Assembly (NCBI GenBank): GCA_963716765.1
Contig: CAVQUO010000021.1
Coordinates: 141,995 to 205,994, forward strand
DNA: 64,000 bases
Source of the DNA: an uncultured Bacteroidota bacterium
Lineage (GTDB): Bacteria > Bacteroidota > Bacteroidia > Bacteroidales > GCA-2748055
Direction: 5' to 3'
Shown: positions 32,285-42,027 of the stretch, piece after piece
Numbering within the stretch: position 1 is the first letter of the stretch
Layout: each line of letters starts with the position of its first letter
The notes under the pieces: generated by a model
Database searches by the model: none
What the model was told of the DNA's origin: nothing
What the model saw: the letters and a program-made list of their open reading frames with translations, nothing else
Made by a program: the position numbers and the translations under genes

Positions 32285-32915
32285 AGAGACTGTCTCTTTT
32301 GTAAAGGAGACCCTGGCCGGAGCCGAAGGAGGGCATGACTGGTTCCATATTGAAAGGGTTTGGAAAACGGCAGGCTTTATACATAAGAAAGAGGGCTCAG
32401 GCGACCTGCTGACCGTCGAACTGGCCGCCCTTCTGCACGACATTTCCGATGCCAAGTTCAATGGTGGCGATGAAAAACTGGGTAGCCGAATGGCAGTCGA
32501 TTTCCTGGTAAAACAGAAACTGGATCAGGAAAGAGTGGAGCACATCCAATCCATCATCAGACATGTTTCCTTCAAGGGGGGCTTCCCCCAGGATCAGATA
32601 AAAACCATTGAATTCCAAATCGTTCAGGATGCCGACCGCCTGGATGCCATGGGAGCTATCGGTATTGCCCGCGCTTTTAATTACGGGGGATTTAAAAACA
32701 GGCCCCTTTTCGATCCGGAAATACTTCTTCAGGAGTACAGGGATTCAAAAGCCTATCATCAATCGGATGCCCCAACCATCAATCACTTTTATGAGAAACT
32801 TCTAAAGTTGAAAGATCTGATGAACACAAAGACCGGGAAACTGATGGCCCGGGAGCGACACGAATTTATGCTCGTTTTCCTGGACCACTTCTACAGCGAG
32901 TGGGATCCGAAATAA
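32241..32915 (+). CDS. HD domain phosphohydrolase (YedJ-like)
   Basis: GHDWFHIERV, AALLHDI, VQDADRLDAMGAIGIARAF, HFYEKLLKL. Confidence 0.92.
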   Translation: MNKTESPLDSKEIIEETVSFVKETLAGAEGGHDWFHIERVWKTAGFIHKKEGSGDLLTVELAALLHDISDAKFNGGDEKLGSRMAVDFLVKQKLDQERVEHIQSIIRHVSFKGGFPQDQIKTIEFQIVQDADRLDAMGAIGIARAFNYGGFKNRPLFDPEILLQEYRDSKAYHQSDAPTINHFYEKLLKLKDLMNTKTGKLMARERHEFMLVFLDHFYSEWDPK

Positions 32916-32955
32916 CTTCGCCTCTGGAAAGGAAGCCTGACCCTGATGAGGTGAG

Positions 32956-34342
32956 CTAGAACAGGAAGTTCAGGTTAATGTAAAGTCCGCTGTCACCATC
33001 CTGCTTTTTTGCAGCAAATCCATAATCAACGGCCACAATAAAATTCTCATTGATGGCGATGTGAACCCCTCCTCCAAATCCCATATGAGGAATTTCTTTT
33101 GCGTCAAAGTCGAACAAGCCATCTGGGGGCCTGTCCCCATATTCCGTTCCCGGTTCGCCTGGCAGAGATTCAGGAATTCCAGAGGTATCAAATTTATATT
33201 TCTGGGTTACCATTCCCCCATCGGCAAAGGCCGAAAGGGCAATGTAGTAATTCTGGTTCCACAGGGTGCCTTTCAGCACTTTTGCCCTTAGCTCCACATT
33301 TCCAAAGGCAAATCCATCACCCGCAATGCGGTTTCGTTTAACCCCCCTTACAGTCTTTGCCCCACCCACACCATCGGAAGTGAGTTTTGGAGCTGTGTTG
33401 TACAGATATGGGAGCATATAAAAGGGCATCTCCCCTGAAAGCTTCCCCTGGTAAGAGAGTCTGTAAGCAAAGTTCACCCACTTTGGAATGATGGTGAAAT
33501 ACTGGCGATGGGTGATCACCAGCCTGGTATAGCTATAATCGGTAGAGCTCAGGAAGGAAGGAGCATAATGCAGCTGCATTTCGGCCCATATTCCCTTAGA
33601 AGGATTGGGTTCATTATCCCGGGTATCAAACACCAGTCCACCCTTCAACAGGGTATGGTTTCCTCCTCCAGCCTGGTCGGATTTTATCACCCCCCAATCC
33701 ACAGTAATCCTGATAGAGTGAGTTTTGCGATAACATATCTGACTCATCTTTCCCTTCATTCAGTTTATCCACATCGACGGCTTCAATTCGGCTGCCATAA
33801 TATGCAATTCCTCCCAGCCAGCGGAACTTCTGCCCGACGATTTCTCCCTGGAAATCAGCCTTCAGCCTGAGAAGCTGCCTTGAGTGCCTGTAATACAACC
33901 TGTTGGCATTACCTTCAGCATCTACTCCCGACTGTTCATAGTCAATATCATACAAAGCCTGGTAACCATTAAATCCGTAAAAATCAAGATTTTTCTCAGT
34001 CAGATAAGAGGCCTCGAAAAAGGAGCGAACCCCGGGGATCAGCTTGTCCGTATCATAGGTCATCTGGTTGATACCGTTCCCCTTTGTGGTTCTGGACCAC
34101 TCAAGGTATAAGGAATGATCATACATGGGGTAGCGAAGACTGTCATACCAGTAAAGGTTCACCAGGGCACCGTATTTGAAACCAATATCTGAATCATAGG
34201 CAACCACAGGCACTCCGCCAAGGGAGAATCCATCCTTTGCCTTTCCTTCCTTTTTAGAGTTGATGGAGTCGGCGTCCTGGGCACTCACTGAGAGGGTAAC
34301 TAGTGCCATAAAGCATAGAGATAGCAGTCTTGGGGTGGTCAT
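32956..34342 (-). CDS. Omp85/BamA-like surface-antigen beta-barrel protein (one frameshift near 33720)
   Basis: Signal peptide, PVVAYDSDIGFKYG, FDTRDNEPNPSKG, VRG..RNR..G, GNVELR, terminal YINLNFLF. Confidence 0.82.
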
Positions 34343-34415
34343 AGAAGGTAGATTTAGCCGGAGCAATATAGAAATAATTTCCATTTTTCGTACATTGGTC
34401 TTCAAAGCCAACTTA

Positions 34416-35468
34416 ATGAGAATCTTGCGATCTGTATTATATGTTCTGATGGTACCCGTCGGAGCATTTCTTATTTTTCTTCTTTACGCCACTTTGGATG
34501 ATTACAAACCTGAAGAAAAAATTGAACTCTTCACTGGAGAAAGTCCCAATCCTCTGCCCGACAGCTCCGTCTTAAATCTGCTGATCTGGAATATCGGCTA
34601 TGCCGGCCTGGATGCCTCCATGGATTTTTTCTATGACGGAGGAGAACAAATGAGGCCTTCCCAGGAGGGCGTTGGCCAGAACTTAGAGGGAATCAGAAAA
34701 ACGCTACTACCCTATCATGATTATGACTTCATCCTGCTTCAGGAGGTCGATATCGCTTCCAAACGCAGCTACCATACCAATCAGGTGGAGGCAATCGCTG
34801 AAGATTTTACAGCTTATCAGACTTTTACCGGAATCAACTACAAGGTGTTTTTTGTTCCCATCCCCATTGCCACTCCCATGGGGAAGGTAGAATCAGGTTT
34901 ATTTTCCCTGTGTAAACATACCCCCGCAACAGTCGATCGCTATAACTTTCCCGGAAATTACGCCTGGCCCATGCGTCTCTTTATGCTCGACCGCTGCTTC
35001 CTGGTGCAAAGACACAGGCTAAATAACGGGCATGAGTTATTGATCATTAATACCCACAACTCGGCTTACGACGATGGTTCACTGAGAAAGCAGCAGATGA
35101 GCTACCTGAAGGATTTCTTATTAAATGAATACAGGCTGGGTAACTACATTATTGTGGGCGGTGACTGGAACCAGACTCCCCACGGTTTTAAGCCGGAGCT
35201 CCCCTCCCACCTCTTCGACACCCTAAATCTGGCCTATGTGGAAAAAGATTTCCCGGAGCCTGGCTGGTCTTATGCCTTCGACCCTACCCTGCCCACAAAT
35301 CGCAGGGTAAGCACCCCCTATAACCAGACCACCTCATTAACGACTGTAATCGACTACTTCCTTTTGTCACCAAATATAAGTGCAGAGGAGGTTGAAACCA
35401 TAAATACCAATTTCCAGTTCAGCGATCATCAACCGGTTCGCCTCTTGGCAAGACTTAAACCCCAATAG
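34416..35468 (+). CDS. endonuclease/exonuclease/phosphatase family protein
   Basis: WNIGYAG, LLQEVD, NTHNSAY, GGDWN, IDYFL, SDHQPV. Confidence 0.92.
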   Translation: MRILRSVLYVLMVPVGAFLIFLLYATLDDYKPEEKIELFTGESPNPLPDSSVLNLLIWNIGYAGLDASMDFFYDGGEQMRPSQEGVGQNLEGIRKTLLPYHDYDFILLQEVDIASKRSYHTNQVEAIAEDFTAYQTFTGINYKVFFVPIPIATPMGKVESGLFSLCKHTPATVDRYNFPGNYAWPMRLFMLDRCFLVQRHRLNNGHELLIINTHNSAYDDGSLRKQQMSYLKDFLLNEYRLGNYIIVGGDWNQTPHGFKPELPSHLFDTLNLAYVEKDFPEPGWSYAFDPTLPTNRRVSTPYNQTTSLTTVIDYFLLSPNISAEEVETINTNFQFSDHQPVRLLARLKPQ

Positions 35469-35510
35469 TCAAGAAACCCTCAACCCTCAAACCTCAATCC
35501 CCATACCTTA

Positions 35511-37907
35511 ATGAAACTCCAAAAACGAATCCTTAGCATTTTGGCGGCTCTTATTGTTGTTGCCCTGGCAGGAGGCCTCATTTTTCTAAGCCATCTGAAA
35601 ACAAGAGCTGTTCCTGATTACAACAAGGATGTGGACCTTGAAAATCTTACTGCCAAAGTAACTGTTCACCGAGATTCACTTGGGATCCCCCACATCTATG
35701 CCCAGAATGAGGCTGACCTTTATCGGACTGTAGGCTATGTCATGGCCCAGGACAGACTCTGGCAGATGGATTTGATGCGAAGGATTACAACCGGCCGCCT
35801 ATCTGAGGTCCTTGATCCTTCTCTTGTGGATGCCGATCAGTTATTCCGGGCATTGCAATTTCCTGAAAAATCTGAAAGGGTTATTTCAAAAACGGATCCT
35901 GAAATACTGGCATGTGTGGATGCCTTTGCCGATGGTGTAAACCAGTTCATAAACCAGCATCAGAAAAAACTTCCTTTTGAGTTTACCATGCTTGGATACA
36001 AGCCAGAGCCCTGGAAAAGAGAACATACTTTTAACCTGATTTCCTATATGGCATGGGACCTGGCCTCGGGTTGGGGGACTGAAATCGCACTTTTTAAAAT
36101 GCAAAAGGTGCTTGATGAAGCTCATTTCCAGGAGCTTCTCCCTGATATGGATTACCAGAGCACCTACATATTTCCCGGTCTGACCTGCGCCGGGAAAACC
36201 CTTGAATTACAGTCAGGAATTGATGATGCCGTTCAGATCGTGAAGGATCTTGGTTTGGAAATTTTCGAGGCTTCCAACAACTGGGCAGTATCAGGAACCC
36301 GAAGCAAGACCGGCATGCCATTGATGGCCAATGATATGCATCTTGGCCTGATGGCACCAGGGATCTGGATCCAGATGCATCAGGTGGTGGAGGGATCGCT
36401 CAATGTTACGGGTGTGGTATTGCCAGGTGCTCCCTATGTGATTGACGGCCATAATGATAATATCGCCTGGGGCATGACCAATGTTATTGTGGATGACATT
36501 GATTTCTACCTGGAAACCATTAACCCTTCCGACAGCAATCAGTACAAACTGGATGGCCAGTGGAAGGATATGGAGCTGGTGGAGGAGCAAATTTTCGTGA
36601 AAGGAGAAGAAAAACCTGTAAGCAGGGTAAACAGGTATACACACAGGGGACCAGTGGTAAGTAAATTCAGGGGAGTGGACAATCAGGTTCTGTCAGTTCG
36701 CTGGCAGGGCAGAGAATTCAGCAACGAGCTAAGAACCGTGCATTTGCTAAACCGGGCCGCTAACTGGGAAGACTTCCGCAACGCGGTATCCACCTTTACC
36801 TCCATCAGTCAGAATATCGTTTATGCCGACCGGTCTGGTAACATCGGACTTCAGACCTCGGCAGGTGTTCCCATCCGGAACGAAGGGGGGATCCTGGTTT
36901 ATCCGGGCGATACGACCTGGTCAGATTGGATTGGCCAGGTGCCCTTTGAAGAGCTGCCCTACACTTTCAATCCCGAGTGTGGTTATGTCTCAAGCGCCAA
37001 CAACCGAACTGTTGGAGATGACTATCCCTACTATATAGGAACCTGGTTCACCCTTCCCAATCGCATCGAAAGAATCAGGGAGATGCTGGAGGAGCAGCCT
37101 GAGCATGGCATCGATGATTTCCAAAGAATGTTGAGGGACCAGACCTCCCATTTTGCAAAAAAAATGACACCTCTCTACCTGAAAGTGCTGGAGGGCAATA
37201 CCCAGGGTGTTTACAGATCAGCCCTTGCTCAACTCGAGATATGGGATTACAACATGGAGGCCACATCCTCTGCTGCAATGATTTTCGAGATCATGTGGCT
37301 GGAGCTGAACAGGGTCATCTTCAGTGATGAGCTGGGAGAAGATCTTTACCCCCTGATGCTCAGTAATAACATTATCCCGCAAAACCTCATAGAAAGGCTT
37401 AGAATTACAGGAGAATCTCTGTGGTGCGACGATATTACCACAGAGGGAATCACTGAAACATTCTCTGATAACATTGAGTCTGCCTTCATTTATGCCGTTG
37501 ATACCATTGTCGCCCTTTACGGGGCAGATCCACGGAATTGGGAATGGGGTGACCTGCACAAGGTTTCCCTGATGCATCCCCTGGGGAGTGTTAACATCGT
37601 GGCTAAACTTTTTGGTGTTAACAGGGGCCCCTACCCCATTGGAGGGAGTTCTCATACGGTTTGCCCTTACAGCTATCCATTGGGGAAATCCTTTGTGGCC
37701 AATCATGGCGCCTCGGAAAGGCATATTTTTTCCACCGCCAACTGGGATCACTCACTGACCGTTATCCCAACAGGTATATCAGGAGTACCAGCCTCGCCAC
37801 ATTATCTTGATCAAACCAAATTATACATTAATAACCGCTTTCACAGCGATCCATTCAGCCGGGAAGCAGTTGAGAAAAGCAAGAAATACACAGCGATTTT
37901 TCAATAA
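35511..37907 (+). CDS. penicillin acylase family protein (peptidase S45, Ntn hydrolase)
   Basis: RDSLGIPHIYA, AQDRLWQMD, ASNNWAVSG (N-terminal Ser nucleophile), ANDMHL, SPHYLDQ. Confidence 0.95.
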   Translation: MKLQKRILSILAALIVVALAGGLIFLSHLKTRAVPDYNKDVDLENLTAKVTVHRDSLGIPHIYAQNEADLYRTVGYVMAQDRLWQMDLMRRITTGRLSEVLDPSLVDADQLFRALQFPEKSERVISKTDPEILACVDAFADGVNQFINQHQKKLPFEFTMLGYKPEPWKREHTFNLISYMAWDLASGWGTEIALFKMQKVLDEAHFQELLPDMDYQSTYIFPGLTCAGKTLELQSGIDDAVQIVKDLGLEIFEASNNWAVSGTRSKTGMPLMANDMHLGLMAPGIWIQMHQVVEGSLNVTGVVLPGAPYVIDGHNDNIAWGMTNVIVDDIDFYLETINPSDSNQYKLDGQWKDMELVEEQIFVKGEEKPVSRVNRYTHRGPVVSKFRGVDNQVLSVRWQGREFSNELRTVHLLNRAANWEDFRNAVSTFTSISQNIVYADRSGNIGLQTSAGVPIRNEGGILVYPGDTTWSDWIGQVPFEELPYTFNPECGYVSSANNRTVGDDYPYYIGTWFTLPNRIERIREMLEEQPEHGIDDFQRMLRDQTSHFAKKMTPLYLKVLEGNTQGVYRSALAQLEIWDYNMEATSSAAMIFEIMWLELNRVIFSDELGEDLYPLMLSNNIIPQNLIERLRITGESLWCDDITTEGITETFSDNIESAFIYAVDTIVALYGADPRNWEWGDLHKVSLMHPLGSVNIVAKLFGVNRGPYPIGGSSHTVCPYSYPLGKSFVANHGASERHIFSTANWDHSLTVIPTGISGVPASPHYLDQTKLYINNRFHSDPFSREAVEKSKKYTAIFQ

Positions 37908-38297
37908 TCAGGAAAGAAAACTATCCATTTTATCAAGAAGGACCGTTGCAACAAGGGGCTTTGTCAGGAAGGCATCACAACCAGCTTGCCGGGCTTGCTG
38001 GTGGTCAACCGAAAAAGCATAGGCTGTTTGAGCAATCACTTTCACATTTCTGGCAAAGGTCTTTATTTCGCGACATGCCGAAAAGCCATCCATTTCGGGG
38101 AGAAGCACATCCATCAAAATCAGATCGGTTTCGGGATGCCTTCTCATATAGGCAACAGCAGCTTCTCCATCAGTGCTGTAATTTACAGTTGCACCAGTCT
38201 CTCTGAGAATTTCACCCAGAAGAAATGCACTGGATTCGTCGTCCTCCACTACAAGAATATGCTTTTTGTCCCAATGATAATTTGAAGAATTGTCCAT
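37908..38297 (-). CDS. stand-alone response regulator receiver protein
   Basis: ILVVEDD, LILMDVLLPEMDG, IAQTAYA, FLTKP. Confidence 0.92.
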   Translation of the reverse strand: MDNSSNYHWDKKHILVVEDDESSAFLLGEILRETGATVNYSTDGEAAVAYMRRHPETDLILMDVLLPEMDGFSACREIKTFARNVKVIAQTAYAFSVDHQQARQAGCDAFLTKPLVATVLLDKMDSFLS

Positions 38298-38415
38298 TTA
38301 GCTGATAATAGAATTATTGCTTGCTTATTCCAAGTTAAGACAATTTTTAATCGAAAAAAAATTAAATTAGCTCTGTTTAAATTAAATCACTACGTACTTA
38401 AGCGAAAAAAAAAAC

Positions 38416-39177
38416 ATGAAATTGAAAAAAATCCTGGGCATCGATATTGGAGGATCGGGGGTAAAGGGTGCCATTGTAAATACAAAAAAAGGCAAACTGA
38501 TCACAAAAAGATACCGCATCCCCACACCCCAACCTGCAACGCCCGAGGCTGTGGCCCAGGTCATCAAGGAAATTGCTGATCATTTTAAATGGAACGGACC
38601 CATTGGGGCCGGTTTTCCGGGGGTCATCCAACAGGGGGTTGCCAGAACAGCAGCCAACCTGGACAATACCTGGATCGACAAGGATCTGAATAAACTCTTC
38701 TCCGAAGCCACAGGATGTATAGTCCATGTGGTGAATGATGCAGACGCAGCAGGCATGGCAGAAGTGAAATTCGGCATCGGGAAAGGTAAAAAAGGAACCT
38801 TAATGCTGATCACTGTGGGTACCGGACTGGGAACCGTCATATTTACGGATGGAAAGCTGGTTCCCAACCTGGAGTTTGGCCATCTTCTGCTTCATGGCGC
38901 GGATGCAGAATTGTATGCATCAGATGCAGCCCGAAGCAATAATAAGCTGGAATGGGACATCTGGGCCCAACGTTTTAATGAATACCTGCTTCGCATTGAA
39001 GAACTGGTCTGGCCCGACCTGATCATCATCGGTGGAGGTGCCAGCAAGTACGAAGAAAAATTCTTCCCTTACCTTACCACAAAAGCTCCCGTGGTTTCCG
39101 CCAAGCTGATGAACGAAGCAGGAATCGTTGGAGCTGCCATGGTCAGTAAATACTACAATAAATTGGATAAGCCCTAA
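38416..39177 (+). CDS. ppgK: ROK family kinase, polyphosphate glucokinase-like
   Basis: [45 protein letters not shown]. Confidence 0.85.
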   Translation: MKLKKILGIDIGGSGVKGAIVNTKKGKLITKRYRIPTPQPATPEAVAQVIKEIADHFKWNGPIGAGFPGVIQQGVARTAANLDNTWIDKDLNKLFSEATGCIVHVVNDADAAGMAEVKFGIGKGKKGTLMLITVGTGLGTVIFTDGKLVPNLEFGHLLLHGADAELYASDAARSNNKLEWDIWAQRFNEYLLRIEELVWPDLIIIGGGASKYEEKFFPYLTTKAPVVSAKLMNEAGIVGAAMVSKYYNKLDKP

Positions 39178-39237
39178 AGTCCGTAAAGTCGTAAAGTCGT
39201 AAAGTCTAAAGTCTATAAAGTCTATAAAGTCGTAAAG
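39176..39237. repeat. AAAGTC-based short repeat array (7-9 bp units)
   Basis: aaagtccgt aaagtcgt aaagtcgt aaagtct aaagtctat aaagtctat aaagtcgt aaag. Confidence 0.8.
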
Positions 39238-39241
39238 AATA

Positions 39242-39276
39242 AAGAGGAGCTGGTCACAATTGCACCAGCTCCTCTT
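39242..39276. terminator. bidirectional hairpin terminator between convergent ppgK and VWA genes
   Basis: AAGAGGAGCTGGT / ACCAGCTCCTCTT perfect 13-bp stem. Confidence 0.85.
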
Positions 39277-39298
39277 CCTTTATAAGCTTTAAGCTTTT

Positions 39299-39424
39299 GA
39301 CTTTTCGCTTTCGACTTTTCGCTTTTGACTTTTCGCTTTCGACTTTTCGCTTTTGACTTTTCGCTTTCGACTTTTCGCTTTTGACTTTTCGCTTTTGACT
39401 TTTCGCTTTCGACTTTTCGCTTTC
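39299..39424. repeat. 9 tandem copies of 14-bp unit GACTTTTCGCTTT(C/T)
   Basis: Read directly; followed by degenerate gactttata gactttc gac. Confidence 0.92.
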
Positions 39425-39442
39425 GACTTTATAGACTTTCGA

Positions 39443-41338
39443 CTATTTGGTGGCGGTCCATTCCTTTAAGGAGTCGGCCAGTTTTACCATGGTGATAAAC
39501 TCGGACCTGTACCCTTCTTCATCCACACCCTTTGCGCCTTTTGCCAGGGCGATCACCTGTTCCATGGAAGCATCCTCAAGATATTCAGAGTTCCTGAGAA
39601 TCAATCCAAACTCAGCAACAGAAGCTGAGAAGCGAAAATTCTTTGAAGTCTGATCCAGATCCAGCACCCTTCCTTTAACGGGTATCTCAACCTTGGTACT
39701 GGTGGTGCCGTCGGGCTGCTTGTATCGAAGCTTTACGGTCATCAGCTCAGCATTGGGATCGGCCTTAATTTCCTTTTGTGCTTTTGTCTCTTCACCATAG
39801 GCCTGGTATTTCAAGGCATCTATACTCTTCAGAGATTCATCAGAGCCAGCAGGAATCAGTTCATAAAGCGCAGTAACCGTATGTCCGGCACCCATTTCGC
39901 CTGCATCTTTCTTGTCGTCATTAAAATCCTCATCGTTCAGCAAGCGGTTTTCATACCCAACCAGTCGATAGCCCTTTACCCGGGCAGGATTAAATTCCAT
40001 CTGGAACTTCACATCCTTGGCTATGGTGAAAAGTGTTCCGCCAAATTCTGTGATCAGGACCTTGCGGGCCTCCTGGATATTGTCAATGTAGGCATAGTTA
40101 CCATTACCCTTGTCGGCAATGATCTCCATCTTATCATCTTTGTAATTCCCCATTCCAAATCCCAGAACGGTCATAAACACACCATCTTCTCTTTTCTTTT
40201 CGATCAGTCGTTCCATTTCTGCATTGCTGGAGGAACCCACATTAAAATCACCGTCGGTAGCCAGGATGATGCGGTTATTGCCCTCTTCGATGAAATGATC
40301 CTGGGCAATCTTGTAGGCCAGCTTCAATCCGGCTCCACCGGCTGTCGAGCCACCTGACTGCAAGAGATCCAGTGCAGCAAGGATTTCCTTTTTTTCTGAG
40401 CCTTCGGTAGATTCCAGTACCAGTCCAGCAGCTCCGGCATAAACCACAATGGCCACCCGGTCCTCGGGCCTCAGTTCATTCACCAGCATCCTGAAAGCCT
40501 GTTTAAGCAGGGGAAGCTTATTGGGATCGCCCATGGAACCAGAAACATCAATCAGGAATACCAGGTTGGAGGCGGGCAATTCAGTTTTGTCTATGCTCTT
40601 CCCCTTTAATCCCACGTGCAGAAGCTGGTGAGAAGGATTCCAGGGACACACAGATAATTCGGTATACACAGAAAAAGGATGTTTTCCTTCTGGCTCGGGA
40701 TATTCATAGTTAAAATAGTTGATCATCTCCTCGATCCTGACGGCATCCACCGGGGGAAGTTGACCCATGTTCAGGAAGCGCCTCACATTGGAGTAGGATG
40801 CCTTGTCCACATCAATGCTGAAAGTGGAAAGCGGATTATGCAGCACATCCTTGAATCCATTCTCATGGATGGCCGAGTAGCCTTCGGTGTTATGCTGAAC
40901 ATAGGCTTGTTCGGGGGCATATCCGCCCTGGGAATGGGCTCTTTTAGCATAGCCCCTGGTCATGATCACCGGACTACCAGCCAATGATTTCGCTTCGTAA
41001 TCCATGGTGGCTCCAGGTACGACAATCTCCTCCAACTCCATCATAGAGGGTTTAAGCTGTACATTAAGCTGATTGGTTTTTCCAATTTTAATCCTTGCAG
41101 TTTCATATCCAATAAAAGAGAATACCAGTCGCGTAGCTTCGGGGGCCACATAAATCTGGTAGTTACCATTCATATCTGTTATGGTTCCATTTGGGGAACC
41201 TTCCTCCACCACACTCACACCCACCAGTGGAGTTCCGGACTCATCATTAACCTGTCCATTGATCAATCGGTGTTGTTGAGGTGCCAAAGTGGCTGCGCTG
41301 AGTATCAGCACTGCGAAAATTGAGATTATTGCTTTCAT
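39443..41338 (-). CDS. YfbK-type VWA domain protein with N-terminal carboxypeptidase-regulatory-like (SusC-N-like) domain
   Basis: STFSIDVDKASYSNVRRF, VRIEEMINYF, MIDAS DVSGSM, ATDGDFNVG, IAKDVK.Q.EFNP, DAGEMGAGH.VTALYE. Confidence 0.93.
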   Translation of the reverse strand: MKAIISIFAVLILSAATLAPQQHRLINGQVNDESGTPLVGVSVVEEGSPNGTITDMNGNYQIYVAPEATRLVFSFIGYETARIKIGKTNQLNVQLKPSMMELEEIVVPGATMDYEAKSLAGSPVIMTRGYAKRAHSQGGYAPEQAYVQHNTEGYSAIHENGFKDVLHNPLSTFSIDVDKASYSNVRRFLNMGQLPPVDAVRIEEMINYFNYEYPEPEGKHPFSVYTELSVCPWNPSHQLLHVGLKGKSIDKTELPASNLVFLIDVSGSMGDPNKLPLLKQAFRMLVNELRPEDRVAIVVYAGAAGLVLESTEGSEKKEILAALDLLQSGGSTAGGAGLKLAYKIAQDHFIEEGNNRIILATDGDFNVGSSSNAEMERLIEKKREDGVFMTVLGFGMGNYKDDKMEIIADKGNGNYAYIDNIQEARKVLITEFGGTLFTIAKDVKFQMEFNPARVKGYRLVGYENRLLNDEDFNDDKKDAGEMGAGHTVTALYELIPAGSDESLKSIDALKYQAYGEETKAQKEIKADPNAELMTVKLRYKQPDGTTSTKVEIPVKGRVLDLDQTSKNFRFSASVAEFGLILRNSEYLEDASMEQVIALAKGAKGVDEEGYRSEFITMVKLADSLKEWTATK

Positions 41339-41439
41339 GAGTTTACATTTTTAGTTTGACTTCAACCATAGGATGCAGGCTTTCCACAGATTCCATAAAA
41401 ATATTTTGCTTTTTTTCTTACTTTAGTCTATTCCACACC

Positions 41440-42027
41440 ATGCACATGCTTACCCTAGGCGCAAAAAATCCTGAAAAAACCGACGAGGACTTACTCCGAC
41501 TCTTCTTGGATTCAGGGAACCTGGACCTCCTGGGAGAGCTCTATGGCAGGCATATGCACCTTGTATATGGTGTGTCCCTGAAATACCTGGGCGATCCCGA
41601 TGATGCCAAGGATGCCACCATGCAAATCTTTGAAAAACTAATCACTGAACTTCCCGGACATGAAATACGTCTATTCAAAAGCTGGCTCTATGTCCTTAGT
41701 AAAAATTTCTGCCTGATGCAGATTCGCGCAAAAAAAAGTGGCGATAAAAGGCTGGAAGGACTAAAAAATGAAGTGGACTTTATGGAATCGGAGCAGGAAA
41801 TGCATCCTATTGACAGAGATGATCAATCCATTGAAAAAGCTTTGAGGGAGTGTATCGAAAAACTCAAAGCAGAACAAAAGCAGTGCATTGAGCTCTTCTA
41901 TTATAATAAGATGTGCTACAGGGAGATCTCCGACTCCCTGGTTTTGACAGAAAAGAAGGTGAAAAGCTTATTGCAGAACGGAAAACGGAATTTGAAAATA
42001 TGCCTGGAAAATAAAAATGTGCGCTAA
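41440..42027 (+). CDS. ECF RNA polymerase sigma-70 factor
   Basis: LY.RH..LVYG..LKYL, D.KDA.MQIF, FKSWLY, QKQCIELFY..K.CY.EIS...VKS.LQNGKRNLK. Confidence 0.93.
   Translation: MHMLTLGAKNPEKTDEDLLRLFLDSGNLDLLGELYGRHMHLVYGVSLKYLGDPDDAKDATMQIFEKLITELPGHEIRLFKSWLYVLSKNFCLMQIRAKKSGDKRLEGLKNEVDFMESEQEMHPIDRDDQSIEKALRECIEKLKAEQKQCIELFYYNKMCYREISDSLVLTEKKVKSLLQNGKRNLKICLENKNVR

Noticed and set aside
35474..35502. aaccctc-like heptamer repeats between the EEP and penicillin acylase genes
   Set aside because: Only 3-4 degenerate copies; too weak to assign a function.
39299..39424. 14-bp array as CRISPR or iterons
   Set aside because: No spacers and no rep or cas gene; it lies in the 3' region of convergent genes.
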